DNA from: a virus
Virus record (IMG/VR): IMGVR_UViG_3300023180_000018
Strand: one strand, 5' to 3'
DNA length: 64,000 bases
Within the stretch, counting starts at the first letter, position 1; every line of letters starts with the position of its first letter. The translations under genes were made by a program, and so were the position numbers. Below the pieces are notes generated by a model that worked only from the letters and a program-made list of their open reading frames with translations, did no database searches and was not told the origin of the DNA. Of the stretch, positions 57,414 through 64,000 are shown in pieces.

Positions 57414-58283
57414 CTATTCCTTTAACTTCTCTTTGTAATACGTATTTGCATTTCTAACAGAAGAAAGAATAGGCATACTTTCATCATATAATTTTCCAAG
57501 CTCGACTAACGCCGAAGTATCTTTTGGAAAACAATGACCGCCGAATCCGAAGTTACCGTCTGGTCCTGGAACCTGTGTATGACTTTTACCAATTCTATTA
57601 TCTAGTGAAGCGATAGCATCTACACAAGCGTCAAAACCTTTAAATCCTAATGAATTATATAATGAATACATTTCATTAAAAAAAGTAACTTTTGTTGCTA
57701 GAAAGCAATTAGCTATATATTTAGCAAAACATGCTTGTTCTAACGTAAGATACTTTACTTGATTTAATTTTTGTAAACAAGGTCTAAATAATTCATCCCA
57801 CCATCGACAATGTTCACCACCAAGAATTAAAAATTCTTGATTCATAAATTCTTCAATAGGATCAGCGTGTAAAAAAGAACCTCTTAAAAATTCTGGACAA
57901 TATGTTATTTTATATTTTTTAGATTGTTCAACTAACCACTGTGGGTTAATAGCAGATTTAATAAGATATTTTACGTTAGGTCCATATTTCGTAAAAACTT
58001 CTTCGACATGATCAGTGTTACATGTTCCATCTTCTCTCATCGGAGTGGCAACACATACAATAACGCCGTCGATTTTTCCAACGTCTGTTGGGTCAACAAT
58101 ATGGTATGTTTTGCCATCATACTTCAAGACGTGTGGGTCATCAACCCATACAGCATGATCACGTTTTTTCATCTTCTCTACATTTTGACTTCCAATGTAG
58201 GGAGAATGAAAGGCGGGATGGTGTTCTAATGCATAATGTACGGCTTGACCCACTGGTCCATAACCAGCAATTACTAATCGCAT
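57414..58283 (-). CDS. UDP-glucose/GDP-mannose dehydrogenase-like (lacks C-terminal domain)
   Basis: GYGPVG, CVATP, IKS, CPEFL, KY..N.FLA.K..F.NE, GFGGHCFPKD. Confidence 0.85.
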   Translation of the reverse strand: MRLVIAGYGPVGQAVHYALEHHPAFHSPYIGSQNVEKMKKRDHAVWVDDPHVLKYDGKTYHIVDPTDVGKIDGVIVCVATPMREDGTCNTDHVEEVFTKYGPNVKYLIKSAINPQWLVEQSKKYKITYCPEFLRGSFLHADPIEEFMNQEFLILGGEHCRWWDELFRPCLQKLNQVKYLTLEQACFAKYIANCFLATKVTFFNEMYSLYNSLGFKGFDACVDAIASLDNRIGKSHTQVPGPDGNFGFGGHCFPKDTSALVELGKLYDESMPILSSVRNANTYYKEKLKE

Positions 58284-58294
58284 ATTAATTTCCT

Positions 58295-58660
58295 TTATTT
58301 AAACAGATCTAAAGAATTCCATTCTTCAGTAGTAACATCATCTAACCTTTTAGTATTAGATTTTAGTTTGATGCCAGCATCAGTATTATCATGCACATAC
58401 AATTGAATTAATGCATAATGCAAGATTTTCATTACATCCTTACGCCACTCATCACTGTTGCCTTTTCTTCCGTATCGTTTTGCGTACTTGATGATATTAC
58501 CCATGCAAAACCCAGTACCATGGCCAGAGTCAATAATAACGTCAGTAGCCTGGTACTTATCCGTCGCGTAATGCTGGTCGTATGTTTGTTCAACATATTG
58601 TTTTAACTCCTTAATATAAACATCTTCTAAAAACTTATAATCCATTACCATTATTTTCAC
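58295..58660 (-). CDS. DUF3310-like protein
   Basis: HY...Q..D.I...GFCMGNIIKYAKRYGRK...D..K..HY. Confidence 0.75.
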   Translation of the reverse strand: MKIMVMDYKFLEDVYIKELKQYVEQTYDQHYATDKYQATDVIIDSGHGTGFCMGNIIKYAKRYGRKGNSDEWRKDVMKILHYALIQLYVHDNTDAGIKLKSNTKRLDDVTTEEWNSLDLFK

Positions 58661-59063
58661 CTCCGCTCACTCGTCGTCTCAAATCACTTGAAGAAAATCT
58701 GTGATCTCTTTTATTAAAATATAATTGTATGTCACGTGCTCTACAAATATCTCTTCCTGTAAAATCTTTATCTCTATATTCTTCTCCTAAGATTCTAACA
58801 TCTATTGTGTATAATGTCAATATATCTTGTAAATCTTCTTCTGTTTGATAGGGAATAATTTCATCTACATATTTTACGGCCGCTAGTTGTGTATAACGTT
58901 CAACTAATGTTTGTATAGGTTTATTTTTCTCAGCTCTATCAAATGAAGGATCTACTTGCAAACCACATATTAAATAATCGCAATGATCTTTAGCATCTCT
59001 TAACATTTGTACATGACCCGCGTGTAATAAATCAAATGTGCTAGCAGTGAATCCTATTTTCAT
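58635..59063 (-). CDS. Cytidylyltransferase (TagD/RfaE domain II-like)
   Basis: STFDLLHAGH, LICGL, KP......R...L..VKYVD, RFSSS. Confidence 0.9.
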   Translation of the reverse strand: MKIGFTASTFDLLHAGHVQMLRDAKDHCDYLICGLQVDPSFDRAEKNKPIQTLVERYTQLAAVKYVDEIIPYQTEEDLQDILTLYTIDVRILGEEYRDKDFTGRDICRARDIQLYFNKRDHRFSSSDLRRRVSGGENNGNGL

Positions 59064-59899
59064 AAGCTTTCAATATAATCTTTCAAATTGTGTTTTGGTT
59101 GCCAGCCAAGTTCATATGTTTTTTCTGTTTTAACTTCTGCTGACATCCTATTACCTTTTTTAGGATCTGTTAAAACTATTTTACCACCAAACATTTCAGC
59201 TACTTCTAAAATAGAATAACTATCGGGATGACCAATACCATATTCATCACCATCACCTCTTATTCCAATTAAAACTAATGCATCAACAATATCGTTTACA
59301 TGTGTAAAATTTCTTTTTTGTGTACCAGGAATAGTAACTGGTAAATCAATTCCTTGTTTCATTAGCTCATTGAATTTTGCAATGACAGTAGAATATTTAC
59401 CTGAACTTATTTCTCTTGGACCATATACATTATAAAAATATGTAATAGCATAACGTATATTAAACCACTCAGAATATTGTTTTACTAATTCAGTATTTTG
59501 TTTTTTAAAAAAAGCATATGGACTCATTGTATAAAAGTCATCATCGTTTGTAAATTTCGTAGAAGAACCAGAATATACTAGTTTTGCACCCCAATTACGA
59601 ACTGCTTCTAATACTTGATATGTTCCATCAATATTGTACTTATGAACAATATTAATATCATCAAAACTTTGTTCTACTCTAGAATATTCTCCTAAATGAT
59701 ATACAAGATCAAATCTAGGAAGATGTGACAGTTGTAAACCATGTGTTGGCATTTTAATATATTCTACGCCATCTACATGATTATCTTTAGATCCTGTAAA
59801 ATAGTTATCAATAGAATAAACATCATTTTCATAAGCTAACCTTTCACACAAATGACTGCCAACAAAACCAGCACCACCCGTTACTAGTATTCTTAGCAT
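59060..59899 (-). CDS. NAD-dependent nucleotide-sugar epimerase/dehydratase
   Basis: ILVTGGAGFVGSHL, YSGSS, SPYAFFK (YxxxK), YNVYGP, RNFTHV.D; start placed at MLRILV. Confidence 0.9.
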   Translation of the reverse strand: MLRILVTGGAGFVGSHLCERLAYENDVYSIDNYFTGSKDNHVDGVEYIKMPTHGLQLSHLPRFDLVYHLGEYSRVEQSFDDINIVHKYNIDGTYQVLEAVRNWGAKLVYSGSSTKFTNDDDFYTMSPYAFFKKQNTELVKQYSEWFNIRYAITYFYNVYGPREISSGKYSTVIAKFNELMKQGIDLPVTIPGTQKRNFTHVNDIVDALVLIGIRGDGDEYGIGHPDSYSILEVAEMFGGKIVLTDPKKGNRMSAEVKTEKTYELGWQPKHNLKDYIESL

Positions 59900-61125
59900 G
59901 TTTCTTCCATCATATTTTGTGTTATTGTCCACATATCTTTAAATACACGATCAGAATCTTGATGCATCTTATAATTTTCATACGCCATATGTCGCCATTC
60001 ATCTCGCATTACGTCATCATTACTTAATTGATTAATTAAATCTAATGCTGGTTGCATATTGTATTGGTCTAACCAAATTGTACCACTATTTGGAACATCA
60101 ATTAATTTACACATTTTTAATTTATGCGTTGCTCGCTCACCCCATTCTTTTGAAAATACAGGAATAGCACCAGCAGCTACAATTTCACAATGAGTATATT
60201 CAATAGCATGTTCAATATATTTTTGATCTAGAATAGATAGCTGATAGCCAAATCCACAGCGTGACATTCTGTGTAACATCTCATCATTTTTAAATTGGTG
60301 ATATATTTGTGCTTTACCACCATATGACTGTATGTTATTAATTTGATCATGATCTACAATTTCAAAATCATGTCTAGCTTTGATGTCTAAGAACGCAGGT
60401 GATTTTTCTAAACCCTCCATAGTAGTCATATAACCGGATGGAGCTAGATATTCATTGTGAAACTTAAACATCTGGTGATAACCTTTCCATGACGTAGCTC
60501 GGCCAATCCATTTATGATGTTTTGGATCTTGTTCTGTAATATCTTTCCAATATACTTTTTTGTTATCTTCAAATTTATATCCAACTTGATACGCAAATAT
60601 TTCTTTATCAACGCCAGTTTCTTCATCATCAAATAATGCCGCTAAACTCGTTGGCTTCAATAAATTTTTTGCATATTGAGAAAAATCATTATTCCTAGAT
60701 AATGAAAACATAAATTTACATGCTTCAATAGTTTCATCCAATGCAGCGTTTCTTTTAATAGAAAGATGATTATGATCTAATTGAATCATCACAATAGGCG
60801 TTGTAGTTTCTTTTATAATTCGTTTAAAATTATTAATACACGCCTCAGGATGATTTTTAGATGGCAAAGATGCAACAAACACAATATCTGCTTTGTTACA
60901 TTCTTCAATAATCATATTTGCTTCACCGTCATTTGCAAATTTATATTGCATAATACTATCAATATTATGCGAATATTTTCTTGACCAACTTTTATCTTTA
61001 GAAGCAATTACATTACATTTAGCAACATTTTCATTTAACCATTCGGCCATTTCTAAACTAAACTTAGTTACACCACAGCCTTCAATACCTCGGCCAATTA
61101 AATACATAAAATTATTCATTAACAA
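59893..61125 (-). CDS. agt: DNA alpha-glucosyltransferase homologue (T4 a-gt-like)
   Basis: RGIEGCGVTKFSLE, DH..LSIKRN, YWKD, WIGRATSWKG.QMF.FH, MEGLEKSPAF, GFGYQLS, EYTH.E match T4 alpha-gt as recalled. Confidence 0.9.
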   Translation of the reverse strand: MLMNNFMYLIGRGIEGCGVTKFSLEMAEWLNENVAKCNVIASKDKSWSRKYSHNIDSIMQYKFANDGEANMIIEECNKADIVFVASLPSKNHPEACINNFKRIIKETTTPIVMIQLDHNHLSIKRNAALDETIEACKFMFSLSRNNDFSQYAKNLLKPTSLAALFDDEETGVDKEIFAYQVGYKFEDNKKVYWKDITEQDPKHHKWIGRATSWKGYHQMFKFHNEYLAPSGYMTTMEGLEKSPAFLDIKARHDFEIVDHDQINNIQSYGGKAQIYHQFKNDEMLHRMSRCGFGYQLSILDQKYIEHAIEYTHCEIVAAGAIPVFSKEWGERATHKLKMCKLIDVPNSGTIWLDQYNMQPALDLINQLSNDDVMRDEWRHMAYENYKMHQDSDRVFKDMWTITQNMMEETC

Positions 61126-61687
61126 TTTCCAATCTTGGTGGAGAACAGGGACCTAAATTATGAACACGATATTTAACACCATCGTGTACAAAAAAACTAT
61201 CTTTTTCATGATTATATTTTGATTCTTCAATCATTTTACGTTCTTTTCTTTTCCATTCCGGCACATCAACTTCAGATTGTCCATCCCAATTTAAATCTTG
61301 TTCAGGGCCTTTAACGTCTACTGGCTCTGCATCGTCAATTCGCTTACCAGTAGTACGTCTAATGATATCATCTGCATCAAACTCAGCCCAATAAACTTCA
61401 AAAGCAATACCATCACGAATACCAACAAATTGATGCCATTTGCCCGCTGGGACTGACATATAATCTCCGGCATGTAGAATTGTAATATCTGGTGTTGAAC
61501 TTTCTCCTTGCCAAACTTTTACAGCTAAACATCCAGATTCAACAAAAAATCCATTTGATTTTGTTTGATGTTTATGTTGTGAGCACTCATGATTAGCTTT
61601 AAATTCAATTCTATGAAATTCAAAAGAAGAATTTTTTTCTATTTGTTGAGTTGTGCCCCATACTTTACCTGCTGATTTCATTTTCAT
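61112..61687 (-). CDS. Cupin domain protein (sugar isomerase-like)
   Basis: GKVWG, CSQHKH..K...F.VESG, VPAGKWHQF, DDIIR. Confidence 0.75.
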   Translation of the reverse strand: MKMKSAGKVWGTTQQIEKNSSFEFHRIEFKANHECSQHKHQTKSNGFFVESGCLAVKVWQGESSTPDITILHAGDYMSVPAGKWHQFVGIRDGIAFEVYWAEFDADDIIRRTTGKRIDDAEPVDVKGPEQDLNWDGQSEVDVPEWKRKERKMIEESKYNHEKDSFFVHDGVKYRVHNLGPCSPPRLEIVNE

Positions 61688-61913
61688 TCTCCTTCAGAGT
61701 CAAATATGTTTGTTCTAAAATGTCTGTCAGTCTAACTTTATTAGATTCACAGTGTAAACATAGCGCGCGAACACATGCATCTAAATTCATTTGTTTTAAG
61801 ATAGTTGTTTCTATTGTATTTGAAAACATTTTTTGTTTTCGCATAAGAATTTGTATTCTAGAAAACATTACATCTGCACATCCACGAGCTTCACCATCCC
61901 ATGTATTACTCAT
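61665..61913 (-). CDS. Hypothetical protein
   Basis: Packed ORF within the modification cluster. Confidence 0.45.
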   Translation of the reverse strand: MSNTWDGEARGCADVMFSRIQILMRKQKMFSNTIETTILKQMNLDACVRALCLHCESNKVRLTDILEQTYLTLKENENEISR

Positions 61914-62041
61914 AGTCTTTTACTCTTATAAAAACTAATGTACTCAGGCCATCGAAACATCTTGTTTCGAATATAACACCAAAACAATCCATTATAAGGT
62001 GGATCCAATTTTACTGGAATATCTAATTCTGTTTGTGTCAT
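61910..62041 (-). CDS. Small hypothetical protein (43 aa)
   Basis: Manual translation MTQTELDIPVKLDPPYNGLFWCYIRNKMFRWPEY...; coupled on both sides. Confidence 0.45.
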   Translation of the reverse strand: MTQTELDIPVKLDPPYNGLFWCYIRNKMFRWPEYISFYKSKRL

Positions 62042-62727
62042 TATTTTTCCTCATTTAATAAATGGAAATGTCTTTCATATATATGTAAATTTTGAACCTG
62101 CCAAATAATATAACCAGGTTCAAGCGTTGTATTGAGTGGTTTTATATCTTCAACTAAAGAATCTAATAAAAATTTTTGCCAAGCGTAATCATTTTTATAA
62201 CCAAAGACTACGTCATTGGAACGCATTTGAACTACACAATTTAATCTATTATCACGAATATAGTAACTGACTGCATTAGTACAAATAAAGTCAGATTTAC
62301 CATTTTCATTATATTCAATCCAAATAGATGGACGATTATATACCATAGTTGCACGTCGACCAGATGGACTATCAATTAGCTCATTTCTTACACGTTTATA
62401 TTGATTATAATATTTTTCGCTAAAAATAAGATGGCCATAGTTTGAATTGATTTCACCCCATGTATTAGCAGAATGTTGCCATGCTTCTGGTGGTTTACGG
62501 TCCCAACCATAGATATCATTGATATTGGTCGACTGTTTCATATACCAATCAATTTCACGTTCAATATATGTTTTAGAAGGTTTACCAAAAATTGAAGGCT
62601 CGTCTGCAACAAAAGATGCACCAAGCATCTCAATAATTTTTTGACCAGAACGATCATCATTAAATTCTAAATTTTTTCTTTTAAGAATAAATTCATTACG
62701 AATATCATTCACTGTTTTCATTAACAT
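62041..62727 (-). CDS. 42: dCMP hydroxymethylase (T4 gp42-like, thymidylate synthase fold)
   Basis: GEINSNYG, RRATMVYNRPS, DFICT, MRSNDVVFGYKNDYAW (Asp at the dCMP-specificity position), LHIYERHF. Confidence 0.9.
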   Translation of the reverse strand: MLMKTVNDIRNEFILKRKNLEFNDDRSGQKIIEMLGASFVADEPSIFGKPSKTYIEREIDWYMKQSTNINDIYGWDRKPPEAWQHSANTWGEINSNYGHLIFSEKYYNQYKRVRNELIDSPSGRRATMVYNRPSIWIEYNENGKSDFICTNAVSYYIRDNRLNCVVQMRSNDVVFGYKNDYAWQKFLLDSLVEDIKPLNTTLEPGYIIWQVQNLHIYERHFHLLNEEK

Positions 62728-63049
62728 TCCTTGGACGATTTACAAAATCACGGTTTGAATCTTGACCTTCCATTTTGCCACGCGAATATGAAACAAAAAA
62801 TGAAAGATAATTAATTGCATCAATAGCGGAATCTTCAAGTGATTCAAAATTTACTTCATCACCATATTCCATAGATTCCATTACAGAATACATACGAGTT
62901 ATTTTTTGGTGCACCATATCAAGAATAGTAGCGCAACCACGAGGGTAATGATCGGCCTGACGAATTCTTGACTTTTCATTTTGATAGTCTTTAGATTTAC
63001 GTGCTTGTAGTTCAGCACATTCTTGTAAAACTTTAAGAGATTCTTTCAT
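62705..63049 (-). CDS. Nucleotide-modification-associated domain protein (DUF1599-like)
   Basis: KSKDY...K..R...EDSAIDAINY; adjacent to gp42. Confidence 0.7.
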   Translation of the reverse strand: MKESLKVLQECAELQARKSKDYQNEKSRIRQADHYPRGCATILDMVHQKITRMYSVMESMEYGDEVNFESLEDSAIDAINYLSFFVSYSRGKMEGQDSNRDFVNRPRNVNENSE

Positions 63050-63065
63050 AAAAATTCCATAAACA

Positions 63066-63095
63066 GAAAATAAACGTAGGGCCCGAAGGCCCTAC
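63066..63095 (-). terminator. Intrinsic terminator with UUCG tetraloop
   Basis: GTAGGGCC-TTCG-GGCCCTAC then GTTTATTTT. Confidence 0.85.
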
Positions 63096-63108
63096 ACGCT
63101 GTTTGATC

Positions 63109-63357
63109 TTAGATACCAGCTGCGAGTGCACGATAACCAGCAGCAATCAATGATGCACTGGGAGTACCAATTCGATACTTACGTGTCACTTCACCAGCCT
63201 TATTAACGCGAGTATTGAGGTATACAGCATTACCTCGCTGACGTACCAAGCTAACAACTTTCGCAGGTGATTTTACACCAAAACGAGCAGAAATTTGCTT
63301 TGCAGTCAATTCTTCGCCATTCATAAGAGCAGCTTCTACTTTAAGTACTTGTGACAT
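63109..63357 (-). CDS. Small HTH-like DNA-binding protein
   Basis: MSQVLKV...GEELTAKQISARFG...YRIGTPS; start moved to 63357 (GGAAG RBS). Confidence 0.65.
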   Translation of the reverse strand: MSQVLKVEAALMNGEELTAKQISARFGVKSPAKVVSLVRQRGNAVYLNTRVNKAGEVTRKYRIGTPSASLIAAGYRALAAGI

Positions 63358-63418
63358 ATTAGTCTTCCTTCCATTATTTAAGTTTAAGTTTGTGTGCACT
63401 ACGCACGGGTCAAGGTGG

Positions 63419-63940
63419 CTACGCAAGCAACCACCGAGATTCTTTGACTTGGTTGTGATTATAATACATTTCACCTTTATTAAATTTTGAATTATACACG
63501 TGGTCAAAAAAGTTTTTAGCAGGTGCAGTTAGCATCCACTTAACATAAACCATATCACCTACTTTTTTATAATCACCAACAATAACACCATTAACTAAGT
63601 GTCGATTTTTTCTAAAAGTTTTAACTTGGTTTTCTTTAAATGAAAACCATTTTCTATTTTCGTCTATTCTACACCGTTTTACTTCAAATGTCAACCCCTC
63701 TCGAGTAACATCCCAAGCATATGAGTCTGGGTCTGTTACGTCAAATTCTTTAGGGTTACGTTTAAATCCTTGCAATTCGAGAGCATGTTCTAAAACAATA
63801 GCCATTGTTGCATCTCGTACTTGGTCAAAAGTACGTCCTTGATTGCGTCTTGGACATAGATACATTTCAGCAGACATTTTATCAACTCTATCGCTAAGAG
63901 TTCTATCATATTTAAACGACTGTTCTTTTATTAATTTCAT
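63419..63940 (-). CDS. Hypothetical protein, possible PD-(D/E)xK nuclease-like
   Basis: E...WDV......EVK pattern. Confidence 0.45.
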   Translation of the reverse strand: MKLIKEQSFKYDRTLSDRVDKMSAEMYLCPRRNQGRTFDQVRDATMAIVLEHALELQGFKRNPKEFDVTDPDSYAWDVTREGLTFEVKRCRIDENRKWFSFKENQVKTFRKNRHLVNGVIVGDYKKVGDMVYVKWMLTAPAKNFFDHVYNSKFNKGEMYYNHNQVKESRWLLA

Positions 63941-64000
63941 TACATTTCACCATAATGTTTTTGCCAAGAAGAACCTGTAACACCTAAACCAGTACCAGCA

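Noticed and set aside
62041-62727. Canonical thymidylate synthase ThyA
   Set aside because: The sequence follows the T4 gp42 pattern with Asp in the specificity position, sits beside agt, and ThyX is present separately
63940-64000. 3' end of an upstream minus-strand gene (...AGTGLGVTGSSWQKHYGEM)
   Set aside because: Too short to assign a function

Overview
A 64-kb AT-rich segment of a large T4-like (myovirus) phage genome, most likely aquatic and infecting a Gram-negative proteobacterium (two-component spanins, proteobacterial-type IscU, IHF-like boxes). Mostly minus-strand. It carries the T4 replication core (nrdA, nrdB, gp61 primase, gp41 helicase, uvsX, gp43 polymerase, regA, gp62, gp44, gp45), thyX, lysis genes, late internal-head-type proteins and six canonical tRNAs plus one atypical tRNA-like element. 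Auxiliary genes include IscU, peroxiredoxin, Hsp20, AsnB-like, about seven 2OG-Fe(II) oxygenase-like genes and several glyco- and methyltransferases. A hydroxymethylcytosine glycosylation cluster (gp42-like and alpha-gt-like) comes with its own nucleotide-sugar enzymes and an odd C5-methyltransferase. Standout observations: (1) a circularly permuted two-piece tmRNA gene whose intervening segment encodes a miniature Bfd-like CxC...CxxC peptide; (2) a late-promoter plus-strand operon of six exported proteins including pilin-like and pilus-chaperone-like genes; (3) a late module with an RNA-ligase-fold protein and an HxGH nucleotidyltransferase preceded by a twin-hairpin leader; (4) IHF-consensus boxes at a fixed position upstream of sigma70-type promoters. 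All family calls are from motif recognition by eye; no searches were run.
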